Source: Mustelus asterias | Lineage: Eukaryota | DNA: 64,000 nucleotides | Reading direction: 5' to 3' | NCBI RefSeq assembly: GCF_964213995.1 | Contig: NW_027590501.1 | Span: forward strand, 1-64,000 | Shown here: piece after piece, positions 11,745 through 24,922 of the stretch | Layout: each line of letters starts with the position of its first letter | Numbering within the stretch: position 1 is the first letter of the stretch | Notes under the pieces: generated by a model | The model's input: only the letters and a program-made list of their open reading frames with translations | The model's database searches: none | Told to the model about the DNA's origin: nothing | Translations under genes and position numbers: made by a program

Positions 11745-13742
11745 ACAATGGGAAATTGAGGATCTGATTAAAATGAAAAGGGAGGCGTACGTTAAGTCCA
11801 GGCAACTGAAAACAGATGGAGCTCTGGAGGAATACAGAGAGAGTAGGAAAGAACTCAAACGGGGAGTTAGAAGGGCAAAAAGAGGTCACGAGATGTTCTT
11901 GGCAGGCAGGATTAAGGAGAATCCTAAGGCATTCTATTCATACGTTAGGAACAAAAGAGTTGTCAGGGAGAAAATCGGACCTCTCAGGGACAAAGGAGGG
12001 GAATTATGCTTAGAACCCAAGGGAATAGGGGAGATCCTAAATGAATACTTTGCATCGGTATTCACGAAGGAGAGGGGCGTGTTAACCGGGAGTGTCTCGG
12101 AGGGAGTTGTTGACCCGCGAGAGAAAATCTCCATTACAAGAGAGGAAGTGTTAGGTTTTTTAGGGAACATTAAAACTGACAAAGCCCCAGGGCCTGATGG
12201 CATCTATCCTCGACTGCTCAGGGAGACGAGAGATGAAATTGCTGGGCCTCTGACGGAAATCTTTGTCGCTTCTTAGGACACGGGTGAGGTCGCTGAGGAT
12301 TGGAGGATAGCGAATGTGGTCCCGTTGTTTAAGAAGGGTAGCAGGGATAACCCAGGAAATTATAGGTCGGTGAGCTTGACGTCCGTGGTAGGGAAGTTGT
12401 TGGAGAGGATTCTTAGAGACAGGATGTATGTGCATTTAGAACGGAACAATCTCATTAGTGACAGACAGCATGGTTTTGTAAGAGGGAGGTCGTGCCTTAC
12501 AAATTTGGTGGAGTTTTTTGAGGAAGTGACAAAAACGGTTGATGAAGGAAGGGCCGGGGATGTCGTCTATATGGATTTCAGTAAGGCATTTGACAAAGTC
12601 CCACATGGCAGCTTGGTTAAGAAGGTTAAGGCTCATGGGATACAAGGAGAAGTGGCTAGATGGGTGGAGAACTGGCTTGGCCATAGGAGACAGAGGGTAG
12701 TGGTCGAAGGGTCTTTTTCCGGCTGGAGGTCTGTGACCAGTCGTGTTCCGCAGGGCTCTGTACTGGGACCTCTGCTATTGTGATATATATAAATGATTTG
12801 GAAGAAGGTGTAACTGGTGTAATCAGCAAGTTTGCGGATGACACGAAGATGGCTGGAATTGCGGATAGCGAAGAGCATTGTCGGGCAATACAGCAGGATA
12901 TAGATAGGCTGGAAAATTGGGCGGAGAGGTGGCAGATGGAGTTTAATCCGGATAAATGCGAAGTGATGCATTTTGGAAGAAATAATGTAGGGAGGAGTTA
13001 TACAATAAATGGCAGAGTCATCAGGAATATAGAAACACAGAGGGACCAAGGTGTGCAAGTCCACAAATCCTTGAAGGTGGCAACACAGGTGGAGAAGGTG
13101 GTGAAGAAGGCATATGGTATGCTTGCCTTTATAGGCCGGGGTATAGAGTATAAAAGCTGGAGTCTGATGATGCAGCTGTATAGAACGCTGGTTCGGCCAC
13201 ATTTGGAGTACTGCGTCCAGTTCTGGTCGCCGCACTACCAGAAGGACGGGGAGGCGTTAGAGAGAGTGCAGAGAAGGTTTACCAGGATGTTGCCTGGTAT
13301 GGAGGGTCTTCGCTATGAGGAGAGATTGGGTAGACTGGGGTTGTTCTCGTTGGAAAGACGGAGAATGAGGGGAGATCTAACAGAGGTGTACAAGATTATG
13401 AAGGGTATAGATAGGGTGAACAGTGGGAAGCTTTTTCCCAGGTCGGAGGTGACGATCACGAGGGGTCACGGGCTCAAGGTGAGAGGGGCGAAGTAGAACT
13501 CAGATATCAGAGGGACGTTTTTTACACAGAGGGTGGTGGGGGCCTGGAATGCGCTGCCAAGTAGGGTGGTGGAGGCAGGCACGCTGACATCGTTTAAGAC
13601 TTACCTGGATAGTCACATGAGCAGCCTGGGAATGGAGGGATACAAACGATTGGTCTAGTTGGACCAAGGAGCGGCACAGGCTTGGAGGGCCGAAGGGCCT
13701 GTTTCCTGTGCTGTACTGTTCTTTGTTCTTTGTTTGTTCTTT
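11745..13742 (+). mobile_element. CR1-like LINE ORF2 (RT), 5'-truncated, relatively young
   Basis: Consecutive ORFs 11773-12276, 12316-12783 and 12780-13496 with all RT motifs and few disruptions; (TGTTCTT)n tail at about 13715-13742. Confidence 0.95.
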
Positions 13743-14164
13743 GGATGTGATAAAGGCTGGAATACAGACTGTGGGAATGAGGGTGAAACTGCTGTGCAGA
13801 GCGAATGGTTCTTGTTGTAGGGAGGGATGGGAGGAGGGAGAGAGGGATGGATGGAGAAAGGGAGGGAGTGTGAGGTGGATGGAGGGAGAGAGGGATGAAT
13901 GGGGGTGAATGTGAGAAGCTGAAGTTTACATTTGAAGAGGTTCCCAGTCTCTCTGATCTCCAGTCTCCAGCTGAACTGGGGAATCTTTTGCGCAGACTGT
14001 GCTGCTGCTGTTTCCCCACCTGTCCACCAGGGGTCGCTGTTGGCCTCCCAGCTGCTGCTCCTCCTAGTGTCACCACTTGCCCACTTCGGCCCATGCAGTA
14101 CACCTCACTGGAGCCCCGGGCCATTCTTGCCATCCTGCCAGGTCGCGGGTACTGAGGCCAGTAG

Positions 14165-14450
14165 TAAAGTTTATTTATGGGTCACAAGAAGGTTTACATT
14201 CACACTGTAATGAAGTTTCTGTGAAAATCCCCTGGTCGCCACACTCCGGCACCTGTTCGGGTACACTGAGGGAGAATTCAGCTTGGCCAATGCACCTAAC
14301 CAGCACGTCTTTTGGTCTGTGGGAGGAAACTGGAGCACCCGGAGGAAATCCACACAGACATGGGGAAAATGTGCAAACTCCACACAGTGACCCAAGCCGG
14401 GAATCGAACCCAAACCCCTGTGAGGCAGCAGTGCGAACCACTGTGCCACG
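14165..14450 (-). mobile_element. V-SINE with alternative tail
   Basis: gtggcacagtggttcgcactgctgcctcacagg head; V-domain; tail ...cattacagtgtgaatgtaaaccttcttgtgacccataaataaac. Confidence 0.85.
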
Positions 14451-15059
14451 TACCGCCCAGTGCTCGATGGTTACGTTTCTTCTTCAAACCTAAGATTCAG
14501 TGCCACATCAAGGCGGGGAAAAGGGAGACCATTGGCGTCAGATGGATAATGATAAAAGTTAATATCCCAATTTATTCACTCTATTCCTTCAAGCTGAGGT
14601 TTACAAAGTGAAAATTCCGCTGTTTACAGCAGTGACTAAATAAGCAATGACCCACCACATAGCTGGTCGTTCAGAATTTATCCCATAGGCAGCTCCTTGG
14701 CTCATTGTCTGCTGATGTGTCATCCAGAGCTGTTTTCCTGGCAGTTTGTGTCAGTAGCAGGCTGCCGTTACCATCCACTCTTGGGCAGGGTGAGGAGACA
14801 GCTCCGACACCGACCTCAGCTGGAATGGGAATTGAACCATACATTAATCCGCATGCCAGCAATGCTGCAGGAATTGCAAAGGGGCTGCACAGAGGTCCAG
14901 AATTAGAAGAGGGGGTTGTGAAGATGGAGGAAGCGTCTGCAAGACATGAGGACATTTTGGATTATCTCAAAATTATAGAATGCAGGAGACCAGTCAGGAA
15001 TGTGTTGAAATTGTCAAGTCTGGCGGTAATGTGTGGATGTGGGATTCAGCAGCAGATGA

Positions 15060-15385
15060 AGGGCTGCACTGTGGAACAGTGGTTAGCACTGCTGCCGAAC
15101 AGCACCGGGTTTGAATCCAGCCTTGGGTTTGTGTGTGGAGTTTGCACCTTCTCCCTGTGTCTGAGTTTCCTCTGGGTGCTTCAGTTTCCTCCTACAGTCC
15201 AAAATTGTGCAGGATAGGTGGATTGGCCATGTTAAATTATCTGTTAGCGTCCAAAGATGTGTAGGTTAGGGGGGTTAGCAGGGTAAATGCACAAGGGTAC
15301 AGGGCCCATTGAATCTGCACCGACTCTCCAACAGAGCATCTTACCCAGGTCCTATCCCCGTAACCCCACATATTTACCCCGCTGT
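15060..15385. mobile_element. V-SINE (+, 15060-15300) joined to an inverted SINE 3' fragment (15305-15385)
   Basis: cagtggttagcactgctgcc head and V-domain, followed by a reverse-orientation tail segment. Confidence 0.7.
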
Positions 15386-15493
15386 TCCACTGTGTTACTT
15401 GTTCATTACAAAAGGACCAGAGTCTGAGGTTATAAATGGGTGAGTTTACTCCAATAGTAATTCCTTCAACATCTGACAAGTTTACAGCTATGA

Positions 15494-15868
15494 AGGGAGG
15501 TGTTGACCCGTTAGAGAAAATCTCCATTACAAGAGAGGAAGTGTTCGGTTTTTTAGGGAACATTAAAACTGACAAAGCCCCAGGGCCTGATGGCATCTAT
15601 CCTCGACTGCTCAGGGAGACGAGAGATGAAATTGCTGGGCCTCTGACGGAAATCTTTGTCGCTTCTTTGGACACGGGTGAGGTCCCTGAGGATTGGAGGA
15701 TAGCGAATGTGGTCCCGTTGTTTAAGATGGGTAGCAGGGATAACCCAGGAAATTATAGGCCGGTGAGCTTGACGTCCGTGGTAGGGAAGTTGTTGGAGAG
15801 GATTCTTAGAGACAGGAAGTATGTGCATTTAGAACGGAACAATCTCATTAGTGACAGACAGCATGGTT
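15494..15868 (+). mobile_element. Internal CR1 ORF2 fragment, near-identical to 12101-12475
   Basis: EKISITREEV...RQHG almost base-for-base the same as the upstream copy; no 3' tail. Confidence 0.9.
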
Positions 15869-16399
15869 ACTGCTTCAGTAATTGATCCAATGCCAATTCA
15901 GTAGCTTCTTCCAATGGAATTCCCGCACTGTTGAATCAGTCACCTCCGGAAGAATGGATGGTCATGTCTCACCAACAGTGCTCATTGTGAACTAACCTGT
16001 ATTGGGCACAGGAACTGCATATGGCATGTCCCCCACTGAGAAATAACATCACGTCTGCCCGACCTTTGGTGTCCGTGTGTCACCTGCCAGTAAAAAAAAG
16101 TTCATCTTCAGAGGAAATCTGTCCTCAAAGATTCCTGTATGACTTCCAAGCCGAGACTCTGGAATTTGCCATTCAATTTCAGATGCAGGATTGCATGTTT
16201 ATTGTTTTTGCAAAGCCATGATGTTCCAGCCGGCTATATTTAGGGAGGCTGCAAAGAAACATCATACGAATTATTTTTTGAAGTCTTCGGGCGTTCCATA
16301 AGTAATTCCAAGAGGACATTCGACAGCCGGTTTTAGCCGATGCCAAACTGCGCTCCTCTGAAATGTGCTGGCTCTTCAGGTTTCCATGTGAATGATCTA

Positions 16400-16995
16400 A
16401 ATCGCACTACAGCCATTCATCAACACAAAAGGGTTCCACTCCCTCAATGTGCAGATCGTCTGTGATCGTAGCACAGTGGTTAGCACTGCTGCTTCACAGC
16501 TCAAGGGTCCCGGGTTCGATTCCCGGCTCGGGTCACTGTCTGTGTGGAGTTTGCACATTCTCCTCGTGTTTGCGTGGGTTTCCTCCGGGTGCTCCGGTTT
16601 CCTCCAACAGTCCAAAGATGTGCGGGTTAGGTTGATTGGCCAGGTTAAAATTGCCCCTGAGATGCGTAGGTTAGAGGGATTAGCGGGTAAATATGTGGGG
16701 GGTAGGGCCTGGGTGAGATTGTGGTCGGTGCAGACTAGATGGACCGAATGGCCTCCTTCTGCACTGTAGGGTTTCTATGATTCTATGACTATCAGCTGAA
16801 GATCATGCAGGTCGATGTACGCCACCCAGGGACTATCCATGACAGTTTTGTGATCCGGCAGTCGGGCATCCCTGAGCTCTTGGAAGACAAGACCAGCCCA
16901 GACTCCCGGGATGGCTACTGGGTGACAAGCGTTACCCGCTAAGGTCATGGCTGATGACGCCTGTGCGGAGGCCCCAGACCGAGGCGGAGACCTGC
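16400..16995 (+). mobile_element. PIF/Harbinger DDE transposase fragment interrupted by a V-SINE
   Basis: Reads FINTKGFHSLNVQIVCD, then the SINE, then QLKIMQVDVRHPGTIHDSFVIRQS...[25 protein letters not shown], the HARBI1/DDE_Tnp_4 motifs. Confidence 0.85.
16468..16789 (+). mobile_element. HE1-like V-SINE, young full-length copy
   Basis: gtagcacagtggttagcactgctgc...cccgggttcgattcccggc (A and B boxes), V-domain, (ttctatga)n tail. Confidence 0.9.
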
Positions 16996-17870
16996 CATAG
17001 AACATAGAACATAGAAAAGCTAGAGCACAAACTGGCCCTTCAGCCCACAAGTTGTGCCGAACAAGTCCCTACCGAGCAGGCTTACCTATAACCCTCTATC
17101 TCACTAACTTCCATGAACTTATCCAAAAGTCTCTTTAAAAACCCTGTCGAATCCGCCTCCACCACCACTACCGGCAGCCCATTCCATGCACCCACCACCC
17201 TCTGAGTGAAACACTTACCCCTAACATCTCCCCTGTACCTATTCCCCAGCACCCTAAAACTGTGTCCTCTTGTGGCAACCATTTCAGCCCTGGGTAAAAG
17301 ACTCTGAGAATCCACTCTATTAATACCTCTCAACATCGTATACACCTCTATTAGGTCCCCTCTCATCCTTCACCTCGCCTAGGAGAAAATACCTAGCTCT
17401 CTCAACCTATCCTCATAAGGCAGTCCAACGATGTGCGGGTTAGGTTGATTGGCCAGGTTAAAAACTGCCCCTTAGAGTCCTGAGATGCGTAGGTTAGAGG
17501 GATTAGTGGGTAAATATGTGGGGGCAGGGCCTGGGTGGGATTGTGGTCGGTGCAGACTCGATGGGCCGAATGGCCTCCTTCTGCACTGTAGGGTTTCTAT
17601 GATTCTATGATTTCTATGCCGCCTAATCCTTGTAAGTCTCCTCTGCACCCTTTCTATGGCTTCCACATCCTTTCTGTAATGAGGCGACCAGTACTGGGCA
17701 CAGTACTCCAGGTGGGGTTTGACCAGGGTCCTATACAGCTGCAGTATTATCTCCCGATTTCTAAACTCAAGTCGTCTCCTGATGAAGGCCCGCATTCCAT
17801 ACGCCTTCTTAACCACCGCCTCTACCTGGGACACTGCTTTGAGCATCATATGAACCCGGACTCCAAGATT
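16996..17870 (-). mobile_element. CR1 ORF2 3' fragment containing a plus-strand SINE 3' piece (17428-17617)
   Basis: ORFs 17082-17366 and 17472-17849 (VVKKAYGM...PHLEYC; RGDLIEVY...FTQRVVGAWN). Confidence 0.85.
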
Positions 17871-17879
17871 CTATTGGGA

Positions 17880-18935
17880 AAAAGAGACCAAAGTCTGAGC
17901 AGAAAAGATTTATCAGGATGTTGCCTGGTATGGAGGGCAGTAGCTACGAGGAGAGGTTGGAGAAATTTGGTTGGATCTCACTGGGCTGACGGAGGATAAA
18001 GGGCGCCCTGATAGAAGTCTTCAAGATTATGAGGGACAAGGCCAGAGTGGATAGTCATAAGCTTTTTCCCTGGGTGGTAGTTCAGTTACTAGGGGGTATA
18101 GGTTTAAGTTGCGGGGGGCAAGGTTTAAAGGAGATGTACGAGGCACGTTTTGTGCACAAAGGGTGGTGGGTGGCTGGAACTCGCTGCCAGGGGATGTCGT
18201 GGAAGCAGATACGGTAGTGACTTTTAAGGGGCGTCTTGACAGATACATGAATAGGGTGGGAAAAGAGGGATATGGTCCCCGGACGTGTAGGGGGTTTTAG
18301 TTCAGACGGGCAGCATGGTCGGTGCAGGCTTGGAGGGCTGAAGGGCCTCTTCCTGTGCTGCAATTTTCTTTGTTATTTGTTCGTGCACATGCATAGGCAA
18401 CTGCGATCAAGTGGATCCCATGAAGAATACAGACGTTGTCGGAGTAGAGTTAAGAGGGAAATCAGGAGGGTAAAGAGGGGACATGAGATTGCTTTCGCAG
18501 ATAAGACAAAGGAGCATACAAAGAGATTCTCCAATACATAAAGGGCAAAAAAATAGCTAGGGAGAGAATAGGGCGTCTTAAGGATCAACAAAGTCACAGA
18601 TGTGCGGATCCACAAGAGATGGGTGAAATCCTAAATGAATGTCTCTCATCGGTATTTACTGTTGAGAAAGGCATGGATGTTAAGGAACTTGGGGATATAA
18701 ATAGTGATGTCTTGAGGAGTGTACATATTACAAAGAAGGAGGTGCTGGAAGTCTTAAAGCGCACCAAGATAGTTAAATCCTCAGGACCTGATGAAATGTA
18801 GCCCAGGATGTTGTGGGAGGATAGGGAATAAATTGTAGGTCCCTTAGCAGAAATATTTGAATCATCAACAGCCACAGGTGAGGTGCCTGGAGATTGGAGG
18901 GTAGCAAATGTTGTGCCTTTGTTTAAGAATGGGTG
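17880..18935 (+). mobile_element. Two abutting CR1 ORF2 fragments (3' end 17880-18380; internal 18385-18935)
   Basis: FCAQRVVGGWNSLP and tail; GEILNECLSSVFTVE...KSSGPDE...[12 protein letters not shown]. Confidence 0.85.
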
Positions 18936-20499
18936 TGACCGCCTCCTGAAACAAAACTTCCTGGTATCTCTCTCCCTCCCTGATGTGTCGCAGAGTCAAA
19001 ATCCAGCTGAATGTCTGAGTCGAAGCTCCTCAAGACGCAGAAACTTACTGCAGACATACTTGCCCTGGATCACACCAGTATCCATGAGCACCACATACTG
19101 CAGTCATCACACATCAACTGCCCTGATATACTTCAGATCTTTAACTAACGACTTAATTATTTTATTCAGTTTAGATATTAATAAATCTTATCGCAAAGTG
19201 CAGAACAAATTTGAACCTTCGGAAAATAGATGTTGACCACTTACTGGATATTCACCAACAGCTCGCCACCTCCCCTTTGGAAAAGCAGAAACCAATTCCC
19301 ACAGGGTGAAAAAGTTAGAAAAGCAAAGGAGTAGCGCTCTCCCCTCCTCACTGAACTCCCTCTTCTCACCAAACTTCCACACTCTGTCCAAAGCCACACT
19401 CAGTGCTGCTCACACAGAGACTGTCTGAATTTCAATTCCTTGCTTTGAGCCATGTATAAATCAGAAAACAGTCAGTTCATTTTCCTTCCATGTTTATTTC
19501 CAGAAGTTACATTTCTTACATTGAAGTTGTTGAAATAATATGATGTTTATAACATATGGGAAATGACAGACAGAGAAAAACACTCTGGCGCATCCAGCCT
19601 GTCTCACTCAGATGCAAGGCCTTGTGCAGCACATTATATAGACTTCTCCACTTCACCCAGGAGGCCTTATCAACCTGAATAAACAGATTGAAAAACAAAG
19701 TTAATTTGGGAGAAACATTTGCTGGTAAATTCCTCTCTGATCCCCATAGGCAATTGAAAACTAGTTCAGGAGATCACTCTGCTCCGAGTGAGTTCCATGC
19801 ATTATAAGGTGATTGCTCATCACGAAACTAAATGCTCACTCAGCCACACAGCTGTGCCTTCACAACCATGTCTCACTCTCAATGCGCAACCACTATCTTT
19901 GTTTTCACTCCGCTCAATGCATTTCTCACTCTCACAATTCGCTATTTTCATCCCTTTCAATAAAGAGTGAGCCGAACTGCAGGGAAGGGCGAGGACAGGA
20001 TGTGATCCTCCAGTGACAGGCACCTTGACAAGAACTGGCAATGCATGCCCTCCTGGTCCACTGTGGGGGAGGCCTTGTTACCAGGGGCTGCAGACATCAG
20101 CAAGACTTGCCATCAAAGTCTGAGCCTCTTGATTAAGCTTGATTGCTTGGACCTGGTGCTCACACATGTCGTCATCAGAGGTTCAAGGTGCTTCCGTGCT
20201 GCGGTGAGACATTCGGGAAGTGCTTATCAGGGTGAGTGATGCTCAGGACATCTGTCTCAGTAAAATATCTTCAGACCTGATACAATTTTCGGACATTTAT
20301 TTTGATACTATTACTCTGTAGATCACATCGATTTGGTTTCCACAAACCGTGTGCCTCTGTAGATTGATCATTTTTAGCAGCCTAGCACTCAGCTTGTTGA
20401 CACCTAAATAGAACTCAGGATGAAGTACAGAAATCAAGAAAATAATCCCCCAATCACCGGGGCTCAAGCAGGGAACAGGAAAATGCTGCACTCGCTGCA

Positions 20500-22450
20500 G
20501 AATGAACAGGGTTTTACAATGTACAGGTACTGGATCCCGTATCGGAGGCGCTGGGGACTGGACCTGTTCCAGATTCGCGTATTTTGGGCTCTGGACGGCG
20601 TGCTTGTAAAACATGGAGAAACAATGAGAAACAATGACCAAAAGGCTTTTATAATTTTATTTTTATACATTTACTATTTCATAATTTTGCATATTGCATT
20701 GGAACCGAGGCAGAGGCAGTTGTCATACTGACGCAGGCTGGGAAAATTGAAGGTTCAGGCTGATTTGGCAGATTTTGGGTCATTTTTGCTGTGTTGATAA
20801 AACATGGAGAAGGAATGAGAAATAAAGACTTTTAGTTCATTCGTGTACATTTATTATTTCATAATTTTACAAGTCAAATTACATATCAACCGAGGAAGAG
20901 ACAGATGCCGTACAGACACAGGCTGTGAATATTGAAGGTTCAGGATCTATTGTACGTCTTTTAAACATGTCCTGCAGCTTAAATTGTTTCAAGTACATGG
21001 GGTTTTCTTTCACAAACACGTATTGTACTATTTAGACCCACATAATATGCTGCTGTGTAATGAAGCTCTTCTGTCATTAGACATATTGATCTTCATCATC
21101 ACCACTCTCATTCTCTTTATTCTTGGTCAAGACAACGGTGTGTTTCATTGTGTGGGACTTGGAAGTGAATTTCAGCACTGTTGCCAATATTACAGAATCC
21201 TCAACATCTTCTTCATCCAACAGCTGGGCTTCAGCACAGGGAAGTCTCTCACAAACGCCAACAATATTTCCAAAATATCTTTCTTCTGAGGCACACGGAC
21301 ACCGTTAAATTCAGGTTTAATTTCATCATCACCAATCAAGGAAATTTCTGGAAGATGGCAGGAAAATGCTGCATTTCTCACAGATGGAATAGGATTTTAC
21401 AATGCACAGGTACCAGACCACACACCTGGAATGTCTGGGATCCAACATGTTCTGAATTTGTGGACTTGGCAGATTTTGGGCCCTTTTTGGCGTGCTTATA
21501 AAACATGGAGAAGGATTGAGAAATAAAGGCTACAAGGCTTTTAGTTCATTTATTATTTCATAATTTTACAGCTCAAATTACATATCAACCGAGGATGAGA
21601 TATCTGCCGTACAGACACAGGCTGAGAATATTGACAGTTCAGGCTCTGACAACACCGTTTAAACATGTCCTGCAGCTTATGGATTCTGGTCTCTGAATCG
21701 CATGTTTATAAAACACGGAGAAGGAATGAGAAATAAAGACTTTCATTTGATTATTGTACTTTTATTACTTCATAATTTTACAACTCAAATTATATATCGT
21801 CCGAGGAAGAGAAAGCAAAGCAGAACTTTCACATCTGCCAATAGATCTTCAGCAACGTTCTCTCCTCAGAGAGATGAAAAGCACTAAATTCAGGTTTAAT
21901 TTCACCATCACCATTTAGGAACACGGTAAATGGCTTGAGGTTGTGCCATCCATTTATCACTATCTTGGGTTACATTGGCTCAGGCCTTCGCTGCACTGCA
22001 GAGTGCATCGTTCACAATGAGTATTTGTTGGAATTCCTTCCCAACCAAGCTGAAAGTTCCATGCACTGAGCATTTTGTGCATGAATTCAGCCTTGTATCT
22101 GGTCTTGAATGGCCACAAAATGCTTTGACCCAGGCTGGATGAGGGACGTACAGTCGGGTGACAAATGAATTCCGAAAACATTCCGGATTTGACGGATTAT
22201 GGTCTCTGGATGGCGTGTTTATAAAACACAAAGAATGAATGAGAAATAAAGACTAAAAGGCTTTTATTTCATTATTGTTCTTTTATTCTTTCATAATTTT
22301 ACAACTCAAATTCCATATTAACCGAGGATAAGATATCCACCGTACAGACACAGGCTGTGAAATGTGAAGGTTCAGGATCTGTTGTACGTCTTTTAAACAT
22401 GTCCTGCAGCTTAAATTGTTTCAATTATGTTGACTTTTCTTTCAGGAACA
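20500..22450 (-). mobile_element. Decayed pogo/Tigger-like DNA transposon region with internally repeated 170-200 bp segments
   Basis: Minus-strand GQSILWPFKTRYKAEFMHKML (DDE_1 QPxDQG-like, 21960-22181) and an acidic C-terminus ending KQFKLQDMFK (about 20960-21340); TACAGGT-type ends at 20522 and 21405; five copies of aaacatggagaaggaatgagaaataaagac. Confidence 0.55.
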
Positions 22451-22559
22451 GGTCTTGCATTTTGTAAACCCACGTAACTCACTCATTGTTCCATAGGAGC
22501 AGCTAGAGAGGTGATTCACGTGAGGAGAGCTAGTAGGAAAGAGGGATTTTTAACTTACT

Positions 22560-22800
22560 TTTTTTTCTTTTTTTCTGAGTTTTTGTAAGGCAGCCAGAAG
22601 TGTAAAATCGGAAGTCGGCACCAGAGAGACCTGGGAACTTTATATTCTGACGTCAGCCAGTAGCGTGCGGAAGGTTTAAAAAGTACGCCGCTCTATCCAG
22701 AGGGCAGCGTTGTGAGCGGGCGGCGGAGTGAGAGGGAGCAGAGTGGGACGGCTTTGGCTCAAACAGGGGCTTTGTGCGGAAACACACAGCTGAGTGAGTG
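22560..22800 (+). mobile_element. CR1 5' UTR fragment
   Basis: Similar to 6440-6590 (ggtttaaaa...gagcgggc...ggagtgag...ggctttggctc). Confidence 0.6.
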
Positions 22801-22817
22801 TTCCAGTGCACTGACTA

Positions 22818-22853
22818 TGTGTGAGTGTGTGAATGTGTGAGTGTGAATTTGTG

Positions 22854-22905
<52 letters not shown>
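22818..22905. repeat. (TG)n microsatellite
   Basis: Visible run of TG dinucleotides. Confidence 0.95.
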
Positions 22906-22907
<2 letters not shown>

Positions 22908-22941
22908 TTTTCGGCTTTGTGCCTGAGTTACGGTTCGGGTC

Positions 22942-23013
22942 GCTTCCAAGGTGTAACGGTTAGTACTCTGGACTTTGAATCCAGTAATCCTGGTTCTGAT
23001 CTGCGGCGAGCCA
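22942..23013 (+). pseudogene. tRNA-Gln(TTG) pseudogene
   Basis: gcttccaaggtgtaacggttagtactctggacTTTGaatccag matches tRNA-Gln; T-arm and acceptor stem are degenerate. Confidence 0.8.
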
Positions 23014-23313
23014 CTATTCCACTATTCCTCTACGACCCCTTGTATAAATTGGGACATGTGCATGGGAGAATGACACTTGTAAGTGGTCCCTCTATTCGTT
23101 GTGGCTTTTCTGCCTCTCAGCGAATTGTGTTCTTTAGCAATCGCACTCTGGTGCTGATGCGATGACGCCAGGCCTGTCAATCGTTGCATAGTCTGCAATG
23201 TGAGTGCTATGGAATAAGCTGAAATTTTCTCAGTGTTTAAAGTAACACTTTCTGAGAAATTTAAATATAATTGCCTTCAACATATCAGCCGTTTGCTGTG
23301 GCAAAGAAAAGCA

Positions 23314-23386
23314 AAGTCCTGCCGAGATTTGAACTTCAATCGCTGGATGTCGAGTCTATCCTGCTCATCATTAGAACGCCGAACGT
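23314..23386 (-). pseudogene. Highly degenerate tRNA-Gln remnant
   Basis: gccgagatttgaacttcaatcgctggat aligns with the intact copy at 30234-30305, including the flank (aaatggtcactca). Confidence 0.6.
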
Positions 23387-23574
23387 GGCCGTCCGCTGCA
23401 AATGGTCACTCACTGCATTCAATGCGGCAGCAACAACAAGTGCGGCAAAAATGTCTCATTATGCGGCTACCATTGATAGGCGAAAAACCCATATGACAAT
23501 GCCCCTAAGTCACTGCATCTGAAGCCATATTGGGAGATATCAGCAGAAATAGTCATGTTTCACAAGGGCAAGTG

Positions 23575-24280
23575 CCCAATCATAGAGTCACAGAGCGCAA
23601 CAGCACGGAAACGGCCCTCTGGCCCATCGAGTCTGCACCACTCAAACAAACAACTCTCTATTATGCTCCCACTTTTCAGGTCTGCATGCCTTGACATCAC
23701 AAGTACAAACCTAAATACTTCCTCAAAGTAAAGAGTATCGCGGCCTCCACCCACCACCCTTTCAGGAAGAGAGTTCCAGATTCCCACCACCTCCTGGGTG
23801 AAACGATTTTTCCTCACATCCCCTCTAAACGTCCGACCACTGACCTGAAATCATTAACCCCGAGATATTGATCCCTCCGCCAACGGGAAACATTCATTCC
23901 TGTCTACTCTCGCTATGGCCCTTATAGTTATGAGGGACATGGATAGAGTGGATAATGTACATTTGAATGGTCAGTCGCCAGGAGGCATAGGTTCAAGATG
24001 AGGAGCAGGAGGTTAAGGGGATTGTGGGGAAACACCTTTTCACCCAGACGGTTTTGACGGTCTGGCATGCACTGCCCCTGAGGGTGGCAAATGCGGGTTG
24101 CCTCATATCCTTTAAAAAATGCATCCAGGTGAGCGCTTGGCACGTCATGACATTCAGGGCTATGAGCCAAGTGTTGGTAAATGGGATTGGGTGGTATTTC
24201 GGGCGTTTGTAATGTGTTGGTGCGGACTCGATGGGCCGAAGGTTCTATTTTGCTCTGTATGATTCTATGATTCCATGAAA
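23575..24280. mobile_element. Two CR1 3' fragments in opposite orientation (minus 23575-23922, plus 23925-24280)
   Basis: RFTQEVVGIWNSLPERVV and LFTQTVLTVWHALP, each with a tail. Confidence 0.8.
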
Positions 24281-24641
24281 TGCCGGGTACTGAGTCACAC
24301 CCGGCCGAGGTGTGAATCCATTCTCAACCATGATGCACTTAATTTTCACTCTCCAGTGTGACACTGTTATTGTATCAGTAAATCGGATGACAGAATGTAT
24401 CACTTTTCATAGTCAGCTGATGATGATCTTACTCTCACTTTGATTTTACCCATCGGGTTTCAGCTCAGCGGGAGATCTCTAAGCTTTCTTTGCAAATAAT
24501 TCCAACATTCTGAGGACACACCAGTTAAACAAAGATATCATGCTGCAGCTGCTTGGTACCTGTAATAAGAACAGCTGGCAATTCTGGAATTTTCAGTCAA
24601 TCTGACTGCATCTGTGAAGAGTGAAACATTGTTCACATTTA

Positions 24642-24922
24642 GAATCATAAAATTCCTATAGTACAATAGGAGGCCATTCGGCCCATCGAGCCTGCACCGT
24701 TAACAATCCCACCCTATTCCCATAATCCCACATTTTCACCCTGCTGATCTCCCGAAATTATGACCAATTTTGCATGGTCAATCAACGTAACTTGCACATC
24801 CTTGGACTGTGGGATGAAACCGGAGGAAACCCACGGAGAATGTATAAATTCCACACAGTCACCCAAGGCGGGAATTGAACCTGGGTCCCTGGCGCTGTGA
24901 GGCAGCAGTGCTCACCACTGCT
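24642..24922 (-). mobile_element. HE1-like V-SINE
   Basis: Head, V-domain and tail similarity to the other copies. Confidence 0.8.

Noticed and set aside
20045-20239. Possible further Harbinger transposase piece (RCFRA..HSGSAYQ)
   Set aside because: Similarity too short and degenerate to support.
22578-22610. agtttttgt followed by agtgt, resembling a J-type 12-RSS
   Set aside because: No CAC-containing heptamer at 12 nt, no FGxG J frame, and it lies in a CR1 5' UTR fragment.
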